A DNA stretch of 64,000 nucleotides from Novosphingobium sp. (GTDB lineage Bacteria; Pseudomonadota; Alphaproteobacteria; Sphingomonadales; Sphingomonadaceae): contig NZ_JBEBKB010000015.1 in assembly GCF_040079535.1 (NCBI RefSeq), forward strand, positions 192-64,191. Direction: 5' to 3'. The position numbers and the translations under genes were made by a program. The notes below the pieces were generated by a model. That model searched no databases. It was not told the DNA's origin and worked only from the letters and a program-made list of their open reading frames with translations. This document shows positions 56,895-64,000 of this stretch, piece after piece; positions within the stretch are counted from its first letter, which is position 1, and the number at the start of each line of letters is the position of its first letter.

Positions 56895-57461
56895 ATGGAC
56901 ATTCGTGTATCCGGCCACCAGATCGAAACCGGCGAAGCCTTGCAGCGCCATGTGCAGGACCGGCTGGGTACAATCGTTGGAAAGTACTTTTCGGGCGCCT
57001 TATCCAGCACGGTAACATTCAACCGCGCCCCGGCCGGCGCATTCCGCGCCGATGTCATCACCCATGTGATGCACGGGCTGGTGCTGAAAGGCGCGGCCAT
57101 TGCCCATGATGCCCATGCTGCATTCGATCAGGCCGCTGAAAAAATCGACAAGCAATTGCGCCGTTACAAGCGCCGGCTGACCGATCGCCATGCCGAAAGC
57201 GCCCAGGCCGCGGCCGAGGAGGAAGCCGCCTATACCGTTTTTGCCGAACCCGATATCGCGGCTGAGGAAGTGTTCGCCGATGCCCCGGTGGTGATTGCCG
57301 AAACCCGCGTTGATGTGCCCGAATCGACAGTTTCCGATGCTGTGATGATGCTCGATCTCAGGAATACCAACGCGCTGCTGTTCAAGAATGCCGGCACTGG
57401 AAAACACAATATGGTGTACCGGCGCGGGGATGGATCGATCGGCTGGGTTGAACCTTCCTGA
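56895..57461 (+). CDS. hpf: Ribosome hibernation promoting factor (long HPF)
   Basis: MDIRVSGHQIETGEAL, KIDKQLRRYKRRL, C-terminal VYRRGDGSIGWVEP; AGGAG SD. Confidence 0.93.
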   Translation: MDIRVSGHQIETGEALQRHVQDRLGTIVGKYFSGALSSTVTFNRAPAGAFRADVITHVMHGLVLKGAAIAHDAHAAFDQAAEKIDKQLRRYKRRLTDRHAESAQAAAEEEAAYTVFAEPDIAAEEVFADAPVVIAETRVDVPESTVSDAVMMLDLRNTNALLFKNAGTGKHNMVYRRGDGSIGWVEPS

Positions 57462-57585
57462 AGGTAAGCGTAAAGGCGCGCCCAATCATGTCAGGCGAGC
57501 AAGGGCTGGCGGCGCGGATAGTTTCCCGTGCAGCTCTGCCCCTGGCCACCGCCAGTCGCGCAATTTTTTGGACGAAGTGCCTCTT

Positions 57586-58047
57586 ATGACTGCACTCTTT
57601 TCACTCCTGCCTGAATCCGTCGGCACCATCGATGCGGATAGCAAGCAGACCATCCTGGAACAGCTGGCAGAGCGATTCGCCGGGGTTTACGGGCTTGATC
57701 CGGTTATCGTGCTGGAACGAATCGAAGAACGTGAAAAGCTGGGAAGCACCGGTTTTGGTCGCGGTGTAGCGATCCCGCACGCCCGGATTGGAGAGCTCAA
57801 CCGGCCAGTTGCCGCGTTCTTGCGGCTTTCCAGCCCGGTGGCGTTCGATGCCGCCGATGGGATGCCGGTCGATCTGGTCTTTGGCCTGCTTTCGCCAGAG
57901 GCGGCTGGTGCGGCGCACCTTCATGCCCTGGCCGCGATCAGCCGGATGATGCGCGATGAAAAGCTGCATGCCGCGCTGGGCGATGCCGCCGATGGCGAAG
58001 CGCTGTATGCGCTGCTGGCAGGCGGCATCGATCGGGACGCCGCATAG
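57586..58047 (+). CDS. ptsN: PTS EIIA(Ntr)-like protein
   Basis: REKLGSTGFGRGVAIPHAR, DGMPVDLVFGLL, HLHALAAISR; start ATG 57586. Confidence 0.93.
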   Translation: MTALFSLLPESVGTIDADSKQTILEQLAERFAGVYGLDPVIVLERIEEREKLGSTGFGRGVAIPHARIGELNRPVAAFLRLSSPVAFDAADGMPVDLVFGLLSPEAAGAAHLHALAAISRMMRDEKLHAALGDAADGEALYALLAGGIDRDAA

Positions 58048-58049
58048 CG

Positions 58050-58391
58050 ATGGATTCCAGGCTAGCGGCCCACCTGGAAGTGGCCGGGCTGCTCCGCGCG
58101 GTGAACCAGGCCGGCGGCTTTGCCTGTGTCCTGCAAAAAGGTGAACACGAAGCCGGAACAATCCTTGTCGTTTGCGCCGAAAAGGGTGCAACACGGCGGG
58201 TTTTTGAACGGATGCCGCAGCTGGACGGGCGCCGAAATTGGACCCTTTCCCGCAGCGAAGATACTGAAAATACAAGAAATTTCGACGATTATCTAGAGCG
58301 TCGCGGTGCGCAGGATCCGGAGCTGTGGATTATCGAACTGGATATCGCGAATGGTGAACGGTTCATCGGATTGGCCGAATTTCCAGGTTGA
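58050..58391 (+). CDS. DUF1491 family protein
   Basis: RLAAHLEVAGLLRAV..AGGFACVLQKG...GTILV, QDPELWIIELD. Confidence 0.85.
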   Translation: MDSRLAAHLEVAGLLRAVNQAGGFACVLQKGEHEAGTILVVCAEKGATRRVFERMPQLDGRRNWTLSRSEDTENTRNFDDYLERRGAQDPELWIIELDIANGERFIGLAEFPG

Positions 58392-58582
58392 CTTTGCTGC
58401 ACTGCACAATCAAAGCGCCCCCACTTTCCAAGTGCGCAGGCGGCGCGCCAGGCAAACAGGCCCGGCACGCAAGCACGCAGACGGGGGGCAGCCGGCAGGG
58501 TTTCTTGCGGCTTGGGGCATAAATCTCTGGTTTTGCTTCAATCCGGTCCTGCGCGGGCGCGCCAACCGCCCAAGAATGAAGT

Positions 58583-59233
58583 TTGATGAGCAAGCAGCTC
58601 CGCCGGGCCAGTGTGATCGCAGTGGCCGCAATGATTTCCTCGATTGCCTTCAGCACCAATGGTTTTGGTGCCGACGCACAGAGCAGCGCACCCGCAGCCA
58701 GTGCAAACCAACCCTCCCCACAGATGATCTCCCAGCCGGTTGTTCAATCGCTTCCCGTTCCTGCGCCTGCAGTTCTGGTCGAGGCAGACGAAGCCGGGCT
58801 GAACGCGCCGCAACTATCAGCCCGGTCCTTGGCCGAACTGGTTGCAGGCCAGCCGCATCCATCAGAGCTTTCGCGTGAATTGCAGTGCCTGGCTGGTGCG
58901 GTCTATTTCGAAGCCAAGAGCGAATCGCTGGTCGGCCAGCTGGCCGTTGGCCGGGTGGTTGTGGCCCGCTCGAAATCGGGTCGATTCCCCAATTCGTATT
59001 GCGGGGTGGTTTTCCAGCCGTCGCAGTTCTCGTTCGTGCGCGGATCATCCATGCCGGCCATCGCGCGCGGATCGAAGCAGTGGAAAAACGCTGTCGCAAT
59101 TGCCCAGATCGCGCATGCTGGATCCTGGCGCAGCCCGGTTGAAGGCGCGCTCTATTTTCACGCCAGCTATGTCAGCCCCGGTTGGAAGCTGCGCCGGGTG
59201 GGCCGGGTCGAAAACCACGTTTTTTACCGCTAG
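58583..59233 (+). CDS. Cell wall hydrolase, SleB/Hydrolase_2 family
   Basis: CLAGAVYFEAKSE, VGRVV, CGVVFQPSQFSF, ALYFHA..V.PGW, HVFYR; signal peptide. Confidence 0.93.
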   Translation: MMSKQLRRASVIAVAAMISSIAFSTNGFGADAQSSAPAASANQPSPQMISQPVVQSLPVPAPAVLVEADEAGLNAPQLSARSLAELVAGQPHPSELSRELQCLAGAVYFEAKSESLVGQLAVGRVVVARSKSGRFPNSYCGVVFQPSQFSFVRGSSMPAIARGSKQWKNAVAIAQIAHAGSWRSPVEGALYFHASYVSPGWKLRRVGRVENHVFYR

Positions 59234-59293
59234 TCTGGTGCGCCGAACTCTTATCCGGCTCACGCTGGTGCAGCCAGACGTCCGTCTGGCCTA

Positions 59294-59376
59294 GCAACAC
59301 CAGCCCGCTCCCCCTCCCGGCCACCCATTCAGGGTACTCTCGTGGGTGGCCGGGAGGGGGAGCGGGCTGGTGTTGC
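59294..59376. repeat. REP/REPIN-like palindromic element, copy 2
   Basis: Perfect 34-bp inverted arms 59294-59327 and 59343-59376, 15-nt loop, between convergent genes; 28/33 identical to the copy-1 left arm. Confidence 0.88.
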
Positions 59377-59417
59377 AAGCAATTCGCGGACGCGAATTGC
59401 GCACCAATCCAAAAAAC

Positions 59418-60200
59418 TCAACCACGCAAGCTTTCAAACTCAAACCAGACGGGGGCGTGGTCGCTGGCCTTTTCGCGGCCACGATGCTCTTTATCGACGC
59501 CCGCTGCTTTCAGGCGATCAGCCATCTCGGGTGATAAAAGCGCGTGATCGATCCGGAAGCCATGGTTTTTGGGCCAGGCCCCGGCCTGATAGTCCCAGAA
59601 CGTCCAGACCCCGCCTGCCGGGTTTAGCGTGCCGAGCGCATCGGTCCAGCCATCGGCCAGCAGCCGGGCATAGGCATCGCGCGCGCCGGGCTGCATCAGT
59701 GCATCAGCCTCCATCGCCCGGGGCGAGAAGACATCGGAGAGCTGCGGGATAACGTTGAAATCACCGGTTATCACCGCCGGTACTTCCTCAACCGCGATCG
59801 CCGCCATCCGCAGCCGCAGCCGCTCCATCCAGCGCAATTTGTAATCAAATTTGGGCCCGGGTACCGGATTGCCGTTGGGCAAATAGATGCAGGCCACCCG
59901 CACCCCGAACACGTCTGCCTCGAGATAGCGCGAATGCTCGTCCTCAGGCTCACCGGCCAGCCCGCGAGCGACCTCGATCGGCTGGGTGCCATCGGCCAGG
60001 ATGGCGACCCCGTTGAAGCCCTTCTGGCCGTGCCAGATCGCATGGTAACCGATCTTGAGAAATTCCTCGGCCGGAAACCCTTCGTCCTGGGTCTTGATTT
60101 CCTGCAGGCAGGCAACCGAAGGCCGGGTTTCTTCCAGCCATTCCAGCAAACGCGGCAGGCGAGCCTTGATTCCGTTGATGTTGAAGGTGGCGATTTTCAT
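59418..60200 (-). CDS. xth: Exodeoxyribonuclease III
   Basis: MKIATFNINGIKARL, CLQEIK, YLPNG, GDFN, RIDH, SDHAPV. Confidence 0.96.
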   Translation of the reverse strand: MKIATFNINGIKARLPRLLEWLEETRPSVACLQEIKTQDEGFPAEEFLKIGYHAIWHGQKGFNGVAILADGTQPIEVARGLAGEPEDEHSRYLEADVFGVRVACIYLPNGNPVPGPKFDYKLRWMERLRLRMAAIAVEEVPAVITGDFNVIPQLSDVFSPRAMEADALMQPGARDAYARLLADGWTDALGTLNPAGGVWTFWDYQAGAWPKNHGFRIDHALLSPEMADRLKAAGVDKEHRGREKASDHAPVWFEFESLRG

Positions 60201-60234
60201 GGGGTGGTGTGGCCAGCGCCAGCCAAAACACTGT

Positions 60235-60570
60235 TCATACCGAAAAACTGGATCCGCAGCCGCAGCCACTGGCGGCCTGGGGGTTTTCAACCTTGAACGC
60301 TGCGCCGCCCAGCGATTCGACGTAGTCCACCACGCTGCCGGCAACCAGATCAAGGCTGATGCTATCGACCACCAGAACCACCCCGCCCTGCTCGATCACC
60401 AGATCATCGTCCTGCGGCGCCTCAGCCAGGCCAAATTTGTACTGAAACCCTGAACAGCCGCCGCCTTCGACCGAAAGCCGCAGTATCGCTGGCTTTCCTT
60501 GCTTTGCCGCAATCACGGCGACACGGGCTGCGGCCGATGGGCTGAGGATCATTGTCTGGGCGTCCATCAC
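60235..60570 (-). CDS. erpA: A-type Fe-S cluster carrier ErpA
   Basis: LRLSVEGGGCSGFQY, NPQAASGCGCGSSF. Confidence 0.93.
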   Translation of the reverse strand: MMDAQTMILSPSAAARVAVIAAKQGKPAILRLSVEGGGCSGFQYKFGLAEAPQDDDLVIEQGGVVLVVDSISLDLVAGSVVDYVESLGGAAFKVENPQAASGCGCGSSFSV

Positions 60571-60609
60571 CCTGATGTAAGCGTTGCCGGTCCTGCCTGC
60601 AAGCCGGGC

Positions 60610-61038
60610 TCACGCAGACTGGATATAGCTGCGCATCGCTTCAGCTTCGGATACGATGGCTTCGATCCGGTATTTGACCAGATCACCAATTGAAACGAAC
60701 CCGCAAACTGCGCCGCGCTCAACCACGGGCAGGTGCCGGATCCGGCGCCGGGTCATCAATCCCAGGGCATCAAGCACGCCGCTTTGCAGATCTACCGTGA
60801 TGGCCGGCGAGGTCATCACATCGCCCACCGTCTTGTCGAGCATCGCCGGGCCATGCGCAGCCAGCTGATAGACAACATCGCGTTCGGAGAAGATCCCGGC
60901 GATTTGCCCATCGGTAAACACCGGGATTGCGCCAATCCGCTTTTCTGCAAGCAGCTTCACCGCATCACCTACACTTGTTGTAGCCTGGCAGCTTACGATG
61001 TCAGCGCTGCGCCCCTCGATCAGTCGTGCGATAGTCAT
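60610..61038 (-). CDS. CBS domain protein
   Basis: RIGAIPV, GIFSERDV, MTSP, RIRHLPV, VSIGDLVK; AGGAG SD. Confidence 0.92.
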   Translation of the reverse strand: MTIARLIEGRSADIVSCQATTSVGDAVKLLAEKRIGAIPVFTDGQIAGIFSERDVVYQLAAHGPAMLDKTVGDVMTSPAITVDLQSGVLDALGLMTRRRIRHLPVVERGAVCGFVSIGDLVKYRIEAIVSEAEAMRSYIQSA

Positions 61039-61118
61039 CACGCATCTCCTCGTTTGGTCCGGTCCGCAAGAGGATGCCACGAAGGGCGGGCTTTGGCGAG
61101 TCAGGGCCGAATATTGGC

Positions 61119-61490
61119 CTAATCGGGCGGATAGAGCCGGAATTCTTCAACCGGAACGCCGCCCACCAGATGCTCGTCGATGACTCTTTCGAGCACATCG
61201 GGGCTGCACGAATGGTACCAGACCCCGTCTGGCCAAACCACCGCGACCGGGCCGGCGGCACAGATCTTGAGGCAATCAGCCTTGGTCCGGGCAATCCCGC
61301 CATCGCGATCAAGCCCGCGATCCTTGAGCCGCTTCTTTAGGAATTTCCAGGCAGCCGCGCCGTCGTCACGCGCACAGCATTCGCCCTTTTGGGATTCAGC
61401 GCACAGAAAGATGTGGCGGCTGATCTTGTCTCCGCCGGTAAGGGCCAGGGCACTGCGCGCGCGTTCAACCTCAGCGGGATCGCTGCTCAT
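61119..61490 (-). CDS. Thioredoxin-like (2Fe-2S) ferredoxin
   Basis: HIFLC...[27 protein letters not shown]. Confidence 0.88.
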   Translation of the reverse strand: MSSDPAEVERARSALALTGGDKISRHIFLCAESQKGECCARDDGAAAWKFLKKRLKDRGLDRDGGIARTKADCLKICAAGPVAVVWPDGVWYHSCSPDVLERVIDEHLVGGVPVEEFRLYPPD

Positions 61491-61921
61491 GCCCGCAGCG
61501 TCCAGCGGTCCAGCAGCACGGCGCGGTAGTCATCAGGCACCGGCGTTGGCCGATCATCGGCAATCGCCACCAGCACCGAACGGGCGAACGCAACCGGGTT
61601 CCCGTTCTGCTCCAGCAGCTGGGCCACGGTCCAGCTTGACCGGCCCACACCTTCGATCCCGCAGTGGACGGTAACCGGATCGGGAAAGTGGCCCTGGGCG
61701 AGGTATTCCATCGCTACGCTGGCCACCATCGCCCGGCGTTCGCCAATCCGGATCGCACTGCCGATCGCCAGGTTAAAGCGTACCCGCGCATCCTCCATCA
61801 TCGCCGCCAGAGCTACATTGTTGAGATGCTGGTTGGGATCGATATCGGCGAAGCGCGTGGTGATCCGGTGCGCAAACGGATAGCGCGCAGGATCCAGCAG
61901 CGCGGGTTCGGGACGCGGCAT
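61487..61921 (-). CDS. Acyl-CoA thioesterase (4HBT/YbgC hot-dog family)
   Basis: [26 protein letters not shown]; start ATG 61921. Confidence 0.88.
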   Translation of the reverse strand: MPRPEPALLDPARYPFAHRITTRFADIDPNQHLNNVALAAMMEDARVRFNLAIGSAIRIGERRAMVASVAMEYLAQGHFPDPVTVHCGIEGVGRSSWTVAQLLEQNGNPVAFARSVLVAIADDRPTPVPDDYRAVLLDRWTLRA

Positions 61922-61926
61922 CAGGT

Positions 61927-64000
61927 CTAACCCCCTGGTTTCAGATGCTTGCCCAACCAGGCAAACACGCTTTGGTGCCATTGCAACGAATCCTTGGGCT
62001 TTAGTACCCAGTGATTGGCATCGGGGAACACCAGCAACTCGCTGGGCACACCGCGGCGTTGCAATGCGGTGTAGGCCGCCAGCCCTTGGGTATAGGGGAT
62101 GCGGAAATCGTTTTCGCCGGTGATCACCAGCATCGGGGTTTTCCACTTGTCCACGTGGTTCACCGGGTTCCACCGCTCGTACTCATCGGGTGCTTCGTAA
62201 TAGGGTTTGCCGCCGTGCTCCCATTCATCAAACCACAGCTCCTCGGTTTCATAGGCCATCGCGCGGGCATCGAATACACCGTCATGCTGGACCAGGCATT
62301 TGAACCGATCGGGCCACATCCCCTCAATCCAGTTCATCATATAGCCGCCATAGCTGGCGCCCAGCGCGCAGGCGTTTTCACCGTCGATTGCGGGATCCCC
62401 AGCGATTGCTGCGGCCAGCCCCAGCTTGAGGTCTTCCAGCGGCTTGCCGCCCCAATCGCGGTTGATGCTGTCGGTAAATGCCTGGCCGTATCCGGTTGAT
62501 CCATGGAAATCGATCGTCACCACGGCATAGCCCTGACTTGCCAAAATCCGCGGATTCCAGCGGAACGACCAGCCCTCGCCAAACGAACCTTGCGGCCCGC
62601 CATGAACCACCAGCAGCACCGGCAGCTTGCCGCTGGCGCCGGCCGGCTTGTGGATCTGGCCCCAGACCGTATCGCCGCCGGCACCCTTGAAGCTGAACCG
62701 CTGCGAGGTAATGGCATTCAGGCCGCCCAGCTGCGTATCGTTGGCATGGCTTAGCGCGCGGCCTGGCTTGCCCTTTTCGGCCACATAAATCTCGGCCGGA
62801 TTGGCCGCCGCATCGCGGGTAAAGACGAAGCCGCCGGATTTAAGCGGAGTGACTGCGCTGATGTGGCCTTGGGCCAGGCCTTTGGGGGCCAGATTCAGCC
62901 GGGCGATCTTGCCGCTGGCCAGATCGATCCGGAAGGCCGGCGTATCAAGCACATCCTCAGCCGTGACGATCAGCGCCCTGGAATCGGCCGTCCAGGCGAT
63001 TGAGCTTACCGAACGGTCCCAATTCTGGGTCAGGCTGCGCCGCTCATGGGTTCTCAGGTTCATCAGCTGAACCACCAGCCGGTCGCTTTCATAGCCAGGC
63101 CGGGCCATGGCTGCCCAGGCCAGCCATTGGCCATCGGGCGAAGCGGAGGGCAAGGTATCGGTTGCGCGGTTGTCTTTCGAAGCCTTGTGCGGGGCCTTGC
63201 CGTCCAGCATCGAATGCCACACGTCGGTATCGGTAGAGAGCGGCTCGGCCCGATCCGCCTGGCGCGCAACGAAGAACGCGCTTTGCGAATCGGCCGCCCA
63301 GGATAGTTCCTCACCCCCGCCCATCGGCTTGGTCGGGGTATCGCCAGTCAAGGTGCCGGCCGGCCCATCAAGCGCCGCGCCCGACCCGGTAATCCTGCCT
63401 GCCGGATCGAGCCCGAACGCAAAAGCGCGGCTGAAATTGCCCGGCGTCTCCCAGCTATCCCAATGCCGCACAAACCCGGCACCGTCGCGGTAATGCCGCC
63501 CGGTTCCGGGGCCGGGGCGGCTGGTATCGCCGCTGTGATCGCAGCCCAGCGTTGGGCAATCGCGCGCCACATCGCCCCAAACCAGCACGCGCTGACCATC
63601 GGGAGAAATCGCGAAACCGGCCAGATCGGCCTTGAACGCGCTGGCCTGAACCGGCGCGCTGCCCGGTGTGGCCAGATCCTGCACCCACAGCTGATCGCTG
63701 CCCGATTTGTCAGAGATGAAATACAGCCGCTTGCCATCCGGGCTAAAGGCTGGCGCGCTTTCTGCGGCATCGGCAATGTCTGCAATCCGCTGCGGCGCTG
63801 CGCCCTTGATCGAAACCTGCCACAGTCCCGTCACGCGTTTGTAACTGACCGGATCGGTATCGGTCTGTTGATAGACCACCCACTGACCATCGGGCGAAAC
63901 CGCCGGCGCGGCCAGCCGCTTCAGCGTCACCAGATCCTGCGGGGTCATGGTCTGCACCCCGGTCTGGGCCGGAAGCGCAGAAGCTGTCAGGACAAAGGCG
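61927..64000 (-). CDS. S9 family peptidase (dipeptidyl/acylaminoacyl peptidase-like; 5' end outside window)
   Basis: VHGGPQG, GASYGGYM (GxSxG), DFRI, FPDANHWVLKP catalytic motifs; beta-propeller repeats; frame open through the window end with a signal-peptide-like stretch. Confidence 0.92.
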   Translation of the reverse strand, partial: AFVLTASALPAQTGVQTMTPQDLVTLKRLAAPAVSPDGQWVVYQQTDTDPVSYKRVTGLWQVSIKGAAPQRIADIADAAESAPAFSPDGKRLYFISDKSGSDQLWVQDLATPGSAPVQASAFKADLAGFAISPDGQRVLVWGDVARDCPTLGCDHSGDTSRPGPGTGRHYRDGAGFVRHWDSWETPGNFSRAFAFGLDPAGRITGSGAALDGPAGTLTGDTPTKPMGGGEELSWAADSQSAFFVARQADRAEPLSTDTDVWHSMLDGKAPHKASKDNRATDTLPSASPDGQWLAWAAMARPGYESDRLVVQLMNLRTHERRSLTQNWDRSVSSIAWTADSRALIVTAEDVLDTPAFRIDLASGKIARLNLAPKGLAQGHISAVTPLKSGGFVFTRDAAANPAEIYVAEKGKPGRALSHANDTQLGGLNAITSQRFSFKGAGGDTVWGQIHKPAGASGKLPVLLVVHGGPQGSFGEGWSFRWNPRILASQGYAVVTIDFHGSTGYGQAFTDSINRDWGGKPLEDLKLGLAAAIAGDPAIDGENACALGASYGGYMMNWIEGMWPDRFKCLVQHDGVFDARAMAYETEELWFDEWEHGGKPYYEAPDEYERWNPVNHVDKWKTPMLVITGENDFRIPYTQGLAAYTALQRRGVPSELLVFPDANHWVLKPKDSLQWHQSVFAWLGKHLKPGG

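Noticed and set aside
57462-57585. Possible structured RNA between hpf and ptsN (CTGGCGG/CCGCCAG pairing)
   Set aside because: A single 7-9 bp pairing in GC-rich sequence is within chance expectation; no recognisable motif.

Overview
This is an ordinary high-GC chromosomal segment from an alphaproteobacterium. Gene content and order point to Sphingomonadales, probably Novosphingobium/Erythrobacteraceae (inference). The window spans the likely replication origin: the conserved parB-parA-rsmG-mnmG-mnmE...rho-hemJ-hemE-[oriC]-DUF299-maf-aroE-coaE-dnaQ block, three 16-bp parS sites and a DnaA-box/AT-rich intergenic region at about 52940-53258. About 69 coding regions are recognisable, mostly housekeeping, envelope and lipid-metabolism genes. 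I found no tRNA, rRNA, CRISPR array, transposase or integrase. The most notable non-routine elements are: (1) a three-gene, cysteine-free, adhesin-less chaperone-usher-like pilus locus (DUF4402 pilin, PapD-like chaperone, divergent usher with extra C-terminal domains) directly downstream of parB, with a terminator and a CtrA-like box between pilin and chaperone; (2) an apparent in-frame fusion of a ~28-codon GNAT acetyltransferase N-terminus onto a spermidine-synthase-like membrane protein; (3) two copies of a ~33-bp-arm palindromic repeat with compensatory changes, each bracketed by two small hairpins; (4) an M23 peptidase-bactofilin module with an overlapping MFSKK start; (5) a truncated haemoglobin next to a STAS-less SulP transporter. 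All calls come from motif recognition by eye; no searches were run.
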